Part shown: positions 1 through 8,818 of the stretch, in pieces
Layout: the number at the start of each line of letters is the position of its first letter
How positions within the stretch are numbered: the stretch's first letter is position 1
Source of the DNA: a virus
Lineage: Duplodnaviria > Caudoviricetes
Strand: one strand, 5' to 3'
Virus record (IMG/VR): IMGVR_UViG_3300036798_000599
Location: 1-51,943 of that record
Length of the DNA: 51,943 nucleotides
Made by a program: the position numbers and the translations under genes
Notes under the pieces: generated by a model
What the model saw: the letters and a program-made list of their open reading frames with translations, nothing else
Told to the model about the DNA's origin: nothing
Databases searched by the model: none

Positions 1-419
1 GCCTCACCGCCCCGGCGCCCTCGGAGCGCGACATCCACGCCAGCTGCGCCCGCGCCCTCGACCTGCTCCTGCAGCCCCCGGCGCTGTGGTGGACCTACCC
101 CGCCGGCGCCGCGCAACTCTCCCCCCAGCAGCAGGCGGCCTATTCGCGCATCGGTTTGAAGCGCGGCCTGCCCGACATCATGATCCTCCACGGCGGGCTC
201 TACGGGATCGAACTCAAACGCCGCGGCGGCCGGGTCTCCAAGACAAAGATCGTCCATACCCGGCGCGGCACGCCCCGCGAGCTCCTCGGCCAGGAGGACA
301 TGTTCCCGCGCCTCATCGCCGCCGGAATGAAAGAGATCGCCATCGCCCACAGCGTCGACGAGGTGCTCGGCCATCTCACCCGCTGGGGCGTGCCACTCCG
401 CGGGAGGGTCGCGGCATGA
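1..419 (+). CDS. VRR-NUC-family nuclease, 5'-truncated by window edge (full copy at 47030-47464)
   Basis: E..I.....GLKRGLPDIMIL...GIELKR..GRVS PD-(D/E)xK motif. Confidence 0.75.
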   Translation, partial: LTAPAPSERDIHASCARALDLLLQPPALWWTYPAGAAQLSPQQQAAYSRIGLKRGLPDIMILHGGLYGIELKRRGGRVSKTKIVHTRRGTPRELLGQEDMFPRLIAAGMKEIAIAHSVDEVLGHLTRWGVPLRGRVAA

Positions 420-1276
420 CCAAAATGCTCTGTATCTGGCACGGCAATTGTCAGGACGGGTTTGGCGCCGCCTGGGCGGTGCATCATGCCCTTGGTGAAG
501 AGGCCGTCGAGTTCTACCCCGGCGTCTACCAGAACCCGGCGCCGGATGTGACGGGACGCCATGTGCTCTTTGTCGACTTCAGCTACAAGCGGCCGGTGAT
601 CGAGGAGATGGCGAAGACCGCTCGGTCGATCACGATCTTGGACCACCACGCCAGCGCCGCCGACGACTTGGCCGGATACCCGCCGCCCGGCTTCAACTAC
701 CCGCCGTTCGGGCCCGTCGCCAAGGTCACGGCCCTCTTTGACATGGAGCGCTCGGGCGCCGGCCTCACCTGGGATTTCCTCCACCCCAACCAGCCACGCC
801 CGCTGTTGATCGACCACATCGAGGACCGCGACTTGTGGCGGTTCAAGCTGCCTTACACGCGCGAGATTTCGGCGGCGCTATTTTCCTACCCCTACGATTT
901 TGCGGTGTGGGACAGGCTGATGGACGACAGCTCGCACCTGGTCAGCGAAGGCGAAGCAATCGAGCGCAAGCAGGCGCAGGACATTCGCAACCTCCTCCCC
1001 GTCGTGCAGCGCCGCATGACGATCGGCGGGATCGACATGCCCGTCGCCAACCTGCCAATGACCCTGACCTCCGACGCCGGCCACAAGATGGCGGCGGCGG
1101 AAACCGGCGGCGTGGCCGCGTGCTACTGGGACACACCCCAAGGTCGGGTGTTCTCGCTGCGGTCGACCGAGCTCGGTCCCGATTGCCAGGCGATCGCCGT
1201 CCAATACGGCGGCGGCGGTCACCTCCACGCGGCCGGCTTCCGCATGCCGATCGGCTGGGAGGGTGAGGCGGCATGA
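416..1276 (+). CDS. DHH/DHHA1-family phosphoesterase
   Basis: Start ATG 416 (ATGA overlap). Motifs HGNCQDG, VDFS, LDHH, DRDLW, FSLRS and GGGGH..AAGF. Confidence 0.9.
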   Translation: MTKMLCIWHGNCQDGFGAAWAVHHALGEEAVEFYPGVYQNPAPDVTGRHVLFVDFSYKRPVIEEMAKTARSITILDHHASAADDLAGYPPPGFNYPPFGPVAKVTALFDMERSGAGLTWDFLHPNQPRPLLIDHIEDRDLWRFKLPYTREISAALFSYPYDFAVWDRLMDDSSHLVSEGEAIERKQAQDIRNLLPVVQRRMTIGGIDMPVANLPMTLTSDAGHKMAAAETGGVAACYWDTPQGRVFSLRSTELGPDCQAIAVQYGGGGHLHAAGFRMPIGWEGEAA

Positions 1277-1506
1277 GCATCCCCTTCCGCCGCCTCGCCG
1301 AACTCACCGAGACCCCCGAGGACTACGGCATCGTCACCGTCCTCCTGCGCGCGGTGGTGATGTACCCCGAGGTCGCCGCCGAACTGTGCGGCCGCAACAT
1401 CAAGACCTACGCCGATCGCGGCCAGGCCGTCACCGACGCCGTACGCCTGATCGACGGCGACACTTCACCCCTGACCAACGGAGCTAGCGATGCTCTCCAA
1501 GTGTGA
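1273..1506 (+). CDS. Hypothetical protein
   Basis: ATGA-coupled to the DHH gene; phage-like codon usage. Confidence 0.6.
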   Translation: MSIPFRRLAELTETPEDYGIVTVLLRAVVMYPEVAAELCGRNIKTYADRGQAVTDAVRLIDGDTSPLTNGASDALQV

Positions 1507-1671
1507 GATCGCCCGGTTCCGCGACAACCTCGCTTGCCGGTCGCCCGATTGCGATTGGCGCGAGGACGAGACGGGAGCGGTGCACTGCCGGGTCTGCGGT
1601 TCGGGCTATCGGGCAGACATGCGCGATCTCCTGCGGCGCCTTTATACGTCAACCTCTCAAGAGGCTGTCCC

Positions 1672-1827
1672 ATGTCAAGCAAATCACCCGCGCAAGCCCG
1701 GCTCATGGCCGCCAGCGCACACAACCCCGCCTTCGCCAAGAAGGCCGGCGTGCCGGTGAAGGTCGCGAAGGAGTTCAACCAAAGTGACGCCAAGACCGGC
1801 ATCCTGCGGAAGAAGAAAGGCAGGTGA
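1672..1827 (+). CDS. Small basic phage protein (MSSKSPAQARLMAASAHNPAFAKKAG...)
   Basis: GAGG RBS, ATG 1672; Lys-rich 51 aa. Confidence 0.7.
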   Translation: MSSKSPAQARLMAASAHNPAFAKKAGVPVKVAKEFNQSDAKTGILRKKKGR

Positions 1828-2060
1828 CCATGAACGTAGCCGATTGCGAAGCGCTGCGGCGCGAATTGAAGCCGATCGCCGAGAAGCTCTGGGAACTGCG
1901 CCGGCCGCCGATGGGCGGTCTTGGCGAACCCGCCGAGGCCTATGCCAACGTGACGATCGCCTACCGAAAGCTCGAGGACGCCTCGATGCGGCTCGGCAAG
2001 GCGATCCAGGCGCTCGACGGCGGAATTTCGGTCTACGACAAGACCCAGGTGACATCATGA
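1824..2060 (+). CDS. Hypothetical helical protein
   Basis: Coupled ORF within the operon. Confidence 0.6.
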   Translation: MTMNVADCEALRRELKPIAEKLWELRRPPMGGLGEPAEAYANVTIAYRKLEDASMRLGKAIQALDGGISVYDKTQVTS

Positions 2061-2197
2061 AATCAAAATCTTCCACCCGCTCCGACACCGCCCAGGACCG
2101 CGCCATCGTCACCCGCGGCGTCCACCAGCACGAAGCCAACCTACACAAGGGCAAAGCCAAAACCAAACTCAAGCTCGGCGGCAAGAAAGGTAAGTGA
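2057..2197 (+). CDS. Small basic protein (46 aa)
   Basis: ATGA overlap at 2057; Lys/His-rich. Confidence 0.6.
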   Translation: MKSKSSTRSDTAQDRAIVTRGVHQHEANLHKGKAKTKLKLGGKKGK

Positions 2198-2206
2198 CCC
2201 AGCGCC

Positions 2207-2890
2207 ATGTCCGCGCCGCTCGACCACGACCAATTGCCAGCTATCGCCAGTGCTCCGCTGCCGGCGACATACGAAGCTGCGAGGCGCGCACTAGAGCAAT
2301 GCTATCAACTCGATGAATGTCTAATGTGGGCTAACAAGGCCGAGGCGCTCGCTTCCTATGCACGGCAATCGCATGATGACGCGCTGCGGCGGATGGCCGA
2401 TCGCATCCAAGCTCGCGCGATCCGGCGATGCGGCGAACTCCTACAGCAGATCGAACCGGCGAAGACCGGACCAAAACCGGAATTAAAGGACGGGGCCGTC
2501 CCGCAATTAGGTCGTACTGAAGCCGCAGATGATGCCGGTCTATCCGAACGCCAGCGTAAGACCGCGCTTCGCGTTGCTAACATTCCGGAAGCCGAATTTG
2601 AGACTGCTATCGAAAGTGACAAACCGCCGACCGTCAGCAGCCTCGCCGAACGCGGGACCGTAAAACGTCCGGTTCCGGATTACCTGAACGGGCGCGATCC
2701 GGACGATTTCAAACGGGCGACGCATCTCATCGGTCTCGGTACTTACATCACGGGACATATTGCTGAAATCGATCTCGTCGCCGCTCGCCGCGGTCTCGAT
2801 GCCGCTGAGCGCGAGCAGGTCATTACGACGTTCGGCCAGTGCATCGACTGGCTAACCGCAGCACGGAGGTTTGTGATCGATGGCTTATAG
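2207..2890 (+). CDS. Hypothetical phage protein, possibly DNA-binding (227 aa)
   Basis: Long ORF with an HTH-like segment RTEAADDAGLSERQRKTALRVA; lower GC3 than its neighbours. Confidence 0.7.
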   Translation: MSAPLDHDQLPAIASAPLPATYEAARRALEQCYQLDECLMWANKAEALASYARQSHDDALRRMADRIQARAIRRCGELLQQIEPAKTGPKPELKDGAVPQLGRTEAADDAGLSERQRKTALRVANIPEAEFETAIESDKPPTVSSLAERGTVKRPVPDYLNGRDPDDFKRATHLIGLGTYITGHIAEIDLVAARRGLDAAEREQVITTFGQCIDWLTAARRFVIDGL

Positions 2891-3335
2891 CCCAGGTGAT
2901 CTTCGTCGCGAAATTCATCGCTGCATTGAGACGCTCCTCGTCGCCGGTCAAACGGTGAAATGGAAATGGCTCGTGACAGACGTACTCAATCGCCATCCGC
3001 TGCCACTTATTCCCGACCTTGACTTTAACGTCATATGCCGACGCCTGGCGGTGACCGACGCTGCTCGCGATGTTCTACGCGACCTGAAACTCGATGCCGA
3101 CGATCCAGCCAAGGCTTCCGGTTCGGGCACGATGCCGTTACCCGGTTTCCAACATTTGCAAGTCGCCTATCCGGTCGAACGCGACAATGAACTGGTCATC
3201 GTCCCGATCGACAAAATGACCGACGCCGAGCGGCTAGGGCGTGCTCTGCAGTATCGGGCAATGGCTCGCGGCTGCATTGCCCATGCCGAAGAACTTGAAC
3301 GCTACAGGGGCGATCTCGAGCACAAAGCAGGGTGA
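2880..3335 (+). CDS. Hypothetical phage protein (151 aa)
   Basis: GGAGG RBS; overlaps the previous gene. Confidence 0.7.
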   Translation: MAYSPGDLRREIHRCIETLLVAGQTVKWKWLVTDVLNRHPLPLIPDLDFNVICRRLAVTDAARDVLRDLKLDADDPAKASGSGTMPLPGFQHLQVAYPVERDNELVIVPIDKMTDAERLGRALQYRAMARGCIAHAEELERYRGDLEHKAG

Positions 3336-3336
3336 C

Positions 3337-4128
3337 ATGCCCGCGCCTCTCGTCCCGCCCGACACCGTCATCCCCCGCCTGCCGTGGGTCCCGGTCTATG
3401 CCGCTCGATTGTTCGAGAGTGATTTCTTCGCCGTCGCCACCGACGCCGAGTTCCGCGCCGCTATCTGCCTCTGGCTCAAGTCATGGAACCAGAAACCCCC
3501 CGGCTCCCTGCCAAACAATGATCGCGTGCTCTGCCGGCTCGCAGGGTTGGCCGACGACATCGATCAGTGGCGCAGCGTCAAGCGGGTCGCCATGCGCCAT
3601 TGGAAACGCTGCGACGACGGCCGCCTCTACCATCCCGTCGTCGCAGAGCTCGTCATGGATGCCGCAAATCGATTGTCAACCGCGCGTAACAGAACTGCGG
3701 CAGCGACCGCAGCTCGTTGGAAAACAACAAAAGATGAAATCCGTAACGGTATCCGTAACGGACGTAACCTTGACAGGGAGAGGGATAGTCCGCCTTCTAC
3801 AAAGGCGGACCCTCTCCCCCCTTACCCCCCTCCCCACGGGAAGGGGGGGTCGCTCCCGCCCTCCAGCTCGCTCAATGAGCGAGGGCGGTTCGCGACGGAT
3901 CGGCAAGCCACCGAACAGCACGAACTCTACGCCGCCATCAACCAAATGCGCTTCGACCGCGGCGACGCCTCCCGCGCCGGCAAACTCTCCGCATGGGACG
4001 CCGAATACGGCGCAAAACTCGACGCCGCCTGCAAACGGCTGGCCCAACTGCAAGACGAGGAACGCGGCCACCCCGATGAGGAAACCTTCACGCCCCTCGC
4101 CACCATCGTCGCCACTCTCCGCTCATGA
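3337..4128 (+). CDS. DUF1376/YdaU-family replication initiator-like protein
   Basis: LPWVPVY..RLFESDF....DAEFRAAICLWLKSW.Q.P.GSLPNNDRVLCRLAG N-terminus is typical of DUF1376; internal iteron-like repeats. Confidence 0.8.
   Translation: MPAPLVPPDTVIPRLPWVPVYAARLFESDFFAVATDAEFRAAICLWLKSWNQKPPGSLPNNDRVLCRLAGLADDIDQWRSVKRVAMRHWKRCDDGRLYHPVVAELVMDAANRLSTARNRTAAATAARWKTTKDEIRNGIRNGRNLDRERDSPPSTKADPLPPYPPPHGKGGSLPPSSSLNERGRFATDRQATEQHELYAAINQMRFDRGDASRAGKLSAWDAEYGAKLDAACKRLAQLQDEERGHPDEETFTPLATIVATLRS
3739..3768 (+). repeat. Iteron-like repeats (candidate replication origin)
   Basis: ATCCGTAACGG at 3739-3749 and 3751-3761, partial CGTAAC at 3763-3768, preceded by an A-rich run. Lies inside the initiator gene as in lambda O. 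Confidence 0.5.
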
Positions 4129-4448
4129 TCACCATCTCCCTCACCCTCATCGACAAAACCCGAACCAAAGAACGCCCCGACAAATGGACCGCAACCACCA
4201 CCACCGACGGCAAATCCTTCTCCGCCACCTCCCGAATGAACCCCTGCTCCGACCTCGCCAGAGCCCTCGTCGCCGCCAATATCCCAGACCAACCCGTCCA
4301 ACTCTGGAACGACAACCTCAACCACTGGGCCCTCCGTTGGAAATCCCTCCACGCCATGGCACAATGGATGATCATCGATCCCCCCTCCTCCTACCTCCAC
4401 CGCGTCAAATACAAACCCCCACCCGAAAACTGGGCCAAAACCGAATAA
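4125..4448 (+). CDS. Hypothetical protein (107 aa)
   Basis: ATGA-coupled to the initiator; strongly G-poor codons. Confidence 0.6.
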   Translation: MITISLTLIDKTRTKERPDKWTATTTTDGKSFSATSRMNPCSDLARALVAANIPDQPVQLWNDNLNHWALRWKSLHAMAQWMIIDPPSSYLHRVKYKPPPENWAKTE

Positions 4449-4918
4449 CCATCCCACCCTTTTTGCAAACACCCTACCCTCCGACCTACCCCATTACCCA
4501 CAAAACCAATCCAGCGCCAAAATACCCCCAATGCCTACCTGCAAAACAGATGCAACCTTCGGGCGAAAAAGATGAGAGCTCATAAAATTTGCGAGGGGGT
4601 AGTCGATAAGAGCGCCCACCCCCATCGGCGGCGGCCGGGTGGCACGGGTGGGCCGCGGTGATCGGAACAGCACGACCATCCCGATCCTACACCAAATGAT
4701 GGGCTGAAGTATGGGTCAGCCGATCTGCCACCATACAACACCATTGATATTGCTCGCATAATTGCGTGATGATGGCGGACACCACATCCGCCGCACTGCC
4801 GAGAACATACCGAGAATTGTGGCGGAAATGCTCGATATGCGCGTGAGTGAGAGCATCGATCGGCTCGATTGGTTTTAGTGAATACGGATCACCGGCCGGT
4901 CATGCTGCATTTTTCTGA

Positions 4919-4947
4919 TTGACACCACCACACACTGTCACTACCTT
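4919..4947 (+). promoter_or_regulatory. Sigma70-type promoter with an overlapping TGACA-N11-TGTCA palindrome
   Basis: TTGACA 4919-4924, 17-nt spacer, TACCTT 4942-4947; lies upstream of the 5001-6734 gene cluster. Confidence 0.6.
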
Positions 4948-5000
4948 ACGCATCGTTGTCGCTGGATTGGCTGGCGGACATGGTTTGAAGGAACCTGGAA

Positions 5001-5204
5001 ATGCACTTCATCGTCTCTTGTGAATTTCGTGGCGAGCGTCGGAACACGGTAGAGGTTCCGGTCACGGTCGTGCGCAAATCTGTTGATGGTGTAGAGGTAA
5101 CCCGAGCGCTTGCGGCGGAAGCTGGCGAGCGCATGGCGTCTGAGCACTTTGGCGGAACGCTTTGTGATTGGTTTGCGTGGAAGGTAATTCCCGACACTGA
5201 ATAG
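5001..5204 (+). CDS. Hypothetical protein
   Basis: AAGGA RBS, ATG 5001. Confidence 0.6.
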   Translation: MHFIVSCEFRGERRNTVEVPVTVVRKSVDGVEVTRALAAEAGERMASEHFGGTLCDWFAWKVIPDTE

Positions 5205-5227
5205 TGCATAGCACATACGTCCCCATC

Positions 5228-5257
5228 GCCCCGTACGGTTCGGCCGTCGGGGCTTTT
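5228..5257 (+). terminator. Hairpin/intrinsic terminator
   Basis: GCCCCG.ACGG-TTCGG-CCGT.CGGGGC followed by TTTT. Confidence 0.5.
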
Positions 5258-5306
5258 GGGGTGCCGGGTCCGGATTGGCTGGACCCAGAGATTTTGGATC
5301 TTTGGC

Positions 5307-6020
5307 ATGTCAAACGGAGTCGTGTTGTATCGTGGACCATCGATGCTCGATGGCGCGCCGATCATTGTGGTGGCAACGGGTCTGAACAAAGGCTCAATCA
5401 ATAGCAAAACCGGCGCTCTCATACAGACATGGATATTGAGAGAAGATATCAAGCCGACGCTGGCGGTAAAGAACGGCGCGGCAAAATCGGTCTGCGGCGA
5501 TTGTCCGCACATTGGCGATACGTGCTATGTGAACATCTTTCAAGCGCCGCTGAACGTCTATAACAGCTATCACCGCGGCATTTACAAAACCGATTGGACT
5601 AGCGCCACGTTCGCCGGCCGCAAAATCCGGATTGGCTCATACGGAGACCCCGCCGCCGTTCCTTATTATATCTGGGAACGCGTGCTGGCTGAGACCGTCG
5701 GGCATACGGGCTACACGCACCAATGGCGCAACTACCCTGAGCTCGCCGCAATCGTCATGGCGTCATGCGATACGCCGCAGGATCGGCTACAAGCAAAATT
5801 CCTAGGTTTCCGCACGTTCCGCGTTCGGCTCGCGACAGAGCCGAAGCTAGACCATGAATTTCTCTGCCCGGCCTCAAAAGAGGCGGGCGTAAAGACCAAT
5901 TGCGCAGCCTGCCTGGCGTGTGGCGGCACGACCGCGAAGGCCAAAGCGGACCCCGTCATTATCGCGCATGGCGCGGCGAGCAAGGTGAACGCGTTCACGC
6001 GCTGGCGGGCGGCGGCCTAG
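5307..6020 (+). CDS. Cys-rich conserved phage protein, possibly Fe-S/metal-binding
   Basis: NSKTG, CGDCPH..CYV, RIGSYGDP, TGYTHQW, CPAS....C..C..C motifs. Confidence 0.7.
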   Translation: MSNGVVLYRGPSMLDGAPIIVVATGLNKGSINSKTGALIQTWILREDIKPTLAVKNGAAKSVCGDCPHIGDTCYVNIFQAPLNVYNSYHRGIYKTDWTSATFAGRKIRIGSYGDPAAVPYYIWERVLAETVGHTGYTHQWRNYPELAAIVMASCDTPQDRLQAKFLGFRTFRVRLATEPKLDHEFLCPASKEAGVKTNCAACLACGGTTAKAKADPVIIAHGAASKVNAFTRWRAAA

Positions 6021-6174
6021 AAACGGGGCAAAACCGGCGCCGATCGCATAATTCCAACATCGGCGCCGGGAATGATGGTCGCACCGCATGTCCGGGAAAC
6101 CATTTTTCGGATAATGTGGCAACCGATAGGGCGCGGGTGGTCCGCGCCTAGGGTCAAGGAAAGGAACCTGAGAA

Positions 6175-6465
6175 ATGAACTACGGCAAAAAGCTTATCGA
6201 CATCATGCGCGCGCATGACCTCGGCGCGCTAATCGAAAGCGACGGGCCTATCGGGGGTGCGTATGAAGCAACGCTTGATGTGTTGAGTGATGCCGAACTG
6301 AACGATATCACCGATGAGGAAGCCGAGAGGCTCGGTGATGCACTCGACGATCTGGGTGCCTGTTACGACGAAGACAGCGGCTACGCCATCGATGCATCAG
6401 CCGCACACGCCCACACTAATGCTGTTATTGATTGCCTGCATCACATCATTCGGGTTCGGTCATGA
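6175..6465 (+). CDS. Acidic hypothetical protein
   Basis: AAGGAACCTG RBS (same as before 5001); Asp/Glu-rich. Confidence 0.65.
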   Translation: MNYGKKLIDIMRAHDLGALIESDGPIGGAYEATLDVLSDAELNDITDEEAERLGDALDDLGACYDEDSGYAIDASAAHAHTNAVIDCLHHIIRVRS

Positions 6466-6734
6466 GCGAGATAGACCCGCGGCGCACCGGCATTGCGGGC
6501 GATGGTGCGTTGATCGAGCAAGCTGGCCGCGCCTTGTATGGGGAGAACTGGCACACCGGCCTCGCGCGCGATCTTGAGGTGTCGGGCGGGGCGATCCGCA
6601 ACTGGCATTACGAGCGCAACAAAGTACCGCCGGGTGTGTGGCGCAACATTGCCGAGCTCGTGGCGGAGCGGCGAGACGAGCTCGCGGGGATGGCGCAACA
6701 GGTATCGGCAAGGATGAAGAACGATGATGAATAA
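6462..6734 (+). CDS. HTH DNA-binding protein
   Basis: GRALYGENWHTGLARDLEVSGGAIRNW HTH pattern. Confidence 0.7.
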   Translation: MSEIDPRRTGIAGDGALIEQAGRALYGENWHTGLARDLEVSGGAIRNWHYERNKVPPGVWRNIAELVAERRDELAGMAQQVSARMKNDDE

Positions 6735-8597
6735 TCAAGCAGCCTTTGCCTCGAGCGCCGCGACCCGTGCGCTGAGTTCCTTCACCGCGTTAATCAGTGG
6801 CCAGATGAGGGCGGTTGGCTGCAGGGTGGCGATAGCGACGGTCTCGCCGTCGATCACCCCTTCGCGCGTTCCGGTGGCTTCGGGCAGGATGGCGGCGACG
6901 GCATCGGCGAGCAGGCCGTAGTGCCGCACGCCGTCGTCGGCGTAGTGCTCGACCTCGCCGTTCCATTGCCAGCTGACGGGGTCGAGTAACTCAACCTCGG
7001 CCAAGCCGGCTGTGTAGGGCTGGACATCGCGCTTTAGCCGGCTGTCGGATATATCGGCAAACCAGGCAAAGTCGCCGACATAGGTACTATCGATATAACC
7101 CGAGACGTGGCTGGCGCGCCGGTTGTTCCACGACATACCGATAGCGTTGGTTGAACCGAGCGCGGTGTACTGGACGCCGCTGCCGGCGATGGAGGCATTG
7201 CCGACAACACTCAGGTTATTCTGCCCCGGATCAGCGCCGGTGCCGATGATGACACCTTGCCTGATCTGCATCCGGGTGCCGGTCGTCGTCGACCCTGGCG
7301 TCGTTGTCACGACGTTGATGAGAGTGCCTTGCGCGGTATCGCTCCAAGCCTCGGCGGCGGCCACCAAGAGGGCCGTAGCCGCCGCGCCGTAGGTCGTGGC
7401 GCCGCGCCCGATGGTCTGCAGGGCGGCGATGACATCGCCTGACAGCAGGGCGCTGGGCGACGCCGGCGTGCCGCGCGACTTGCGGCCGATGAGGTTGGCA
7501 AAGGGTGCTGTGCCGTAGGCGTCGATCAGACAGACCGCGTTGGCACTGTCGGCGGCGAGCCACAGTTGCGGCGTGACGCTGACGGCCTGCGGTGTGGTCG
7601 CCGCGGCGTTGACCACCAAACTGTTCGCCGGCGGCGCGGTGACGGCGGTGCCGATGACCTGGTTGGTCGAGACCCTGAGCGTGGTGCCGTTGTCGCTGGT
7701 GATGGCAGACGAGGTGATCGCACTGGTGCCGTTGCCGACGAGCACAGCGTTGGCGGTGAGGGTCGTCTGCCCGGTGCCGCCGTTGGCGGTGAGCACCGGA
7801 ACCGAGAGCGCCATCGTGCCGGTCGTGGTGATGGTGCCGCCCGTGAGGCCCGTCCCGGCGACAAGGCTCGTCACGCCACTGCTCGTCACATAGCCTTGAT
7901 TGACGGCGGCGGTGACCAAGCCTTTAGCGTTGACGGTGATCCCCTGGAAGGTGCCGACATTGGCGTTGACGGTTGCCAGGGTTGTGGCGAGGCCAACACT
8001 GGTAACGTCTCCGGTGTGGTTGCCGACGCTGTTCGCCGTGACCAGCCCCTTGGCATTGGTGGTCAAGCTGGCATGGGCTGTGGCCCCCGGTGAGGCGTTG
8101 ACGGTTGGCAGGGTCGTGGTGATTGCCGTGGTGCCGGAACCGCTGACATCCCCGGACAGGGTGATGGTCTGGTTCCCGGTCAGATAGCTTTGGTTGACAG
8201 CGGCGGTGGCTTGGCCCTGAGCGTTGAAGGTGATGCCCTGGTAGGTGCCCGCGACGACGGCGGTGTTGGCGAGCGCAATGGTGCCCGTCGTCGTGATCGT
8301 GCCGCCGGAGAGGCCCGTCCCGGCGGTGATGCTGGTAACGCCGCCGCCGCCGCCCGTGCCGTAGCCCTGCGCCTTGACCCAAGCCGTCGTCGCGATCGCC
8401 GTTGAGTTGTCGGCGGTCGCCGGGGTGGTCGCGGTGGACCCGTCGAGCGCGGTGGTGCCGGCGACGGTCAATCCTCCGGTAATGGTGAGGTTGCCGTGAA
8501 TGGTGCCGCCGCTGGTGGAGAGGGTGCTGTCGTGGAGGAGGCCGATGCGGCGGTAGTTGCCGGCGGCGAGGCCCCAGTTTGAGTTGGTGTCGGGCAT
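6735..8597 (-). CDS. Tail fibre with C-terminal intramolecular chaperone (peptidase S74)
   Basis: Thr/Gly-rich repeats (VTSITAGTGLSGGTITTTGT x2); C-terminal SDSRLKRDV...GLLAD...LINAVKELSARVAALE. Confidence 0.88.
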   Translation of the reverse strand: MPDTNSNWGLAAGNYRRIGLLHDSTLSTSGGTIHGNLTITGGLTVAGTTALDGSTATTPATADNSTAIATTAWVKAQGYGTGGGGGVTSITAGTGLSGGTITTTGTIALANTAVVAGTYQGITFNAQGQATAAVNQSYLTGNQTITLSGDVSGSGTTAITTTLPTVNASPGATAHASLTTNAKGLVTANSVGNHTGDVTSVGLATTLATVNANVGTFQGITVNAKGLVTAAVNQGYVTSSGVTSLVAGTGLTGGTITTTGTMALSVPVLTANGGTGQTTLTANAVLVGNGTSAITSSAITSDNGTTLRVSTNQVIGTAVTAPPANSLVVNAAATTPQAVSVTPQLWLAADSANAVCLIDAYGTAPFANLIGRKSRGTPASPSALLSGDVIAALQTIGRGATTYGAAATALLVAAAEAWSDTAQGTLINVVTTTPGSTTTGTRMQIRQGVIIGTGADPGQNNLSVVGNASIAGSGVQYTALGSTNAIGMSWNNRRASHVSGYIDSTYVGDFAWFADISDSRLKRDVQPYTAGLAEVELLDPVSWQWNGEVEHYADDGVRHYGLLADAVAAILPEATGTREGVIDGETVAIATLQPTALIWPLINAVKELSARVAALEAKAA

Positions 8598-8818
8598 CAG
8601 GGGGCGACCTTTAGGGTCATTTCAAGGCAGCGATCAAACAGTTGTTTGGCCATGGCATCGCGCTGTTCCAGCTGGTCCTCGAGAAACCACATGAGGAACC
8701 CGATAAAGGCGACATTGATCAGCACCAGCAGCAGGAAGGCGGGGGGCAGCGTGGTGATCAGCGATTTGCCGAGGCTCGCGACCGCGCCGGGGATGGTGGG
8801 GTTGCCGTTGTCAGCCAT
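8597..8818 (-). CDS. Small single-TM protein (holin-like candidate)
   Basis: 73 aa with TM segment AFLLLVLINVAFIGFLMWFL. Confidence 0.5.
   Translation of the reverse strand: MADNGNPTIPGAVASLGKSLITTLPPAFLLLVLINVAFIGFLMWFLEDQLEQRDAMAKQLFDRCLEMTLKVAP

Larger units (their letters stand above)
1..4889. repeat. Terminal direct repeat, copy 1 (repeated at 47046-51943)
   Basis: ORF translations are identical at offset +47045 (e.g. 86/47131, 2207/49252, 4125/51170). The window ends with the sequence found at 4781-4889. Copies differ visibly at 4599-4780 vs 51644-51834. Confidence 0.97.

Noticed and set aside
86-415. Arg-rich N-terminal extension of the DHH ORF (396-aa call)
   Set aside because: It overlaps the VRR-NUC gene out of frame. 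The real start is most likely ATG 416, with RBS and ATGA coupling.
1165-1180. Gapped match of tract A2 (AC GA CT GG CC) to TELGP in the DHH gene
   Set aside because: Only five dinucleotides match before it breaks down; this is expected by chance.
4599-4780. Diversity-generating retroelement TR/VR pair (BPP-1-like phage)
   Set aside because: No reverse transcriptase ORF was found. The differences include indels and all base types, and the region is non-coding.
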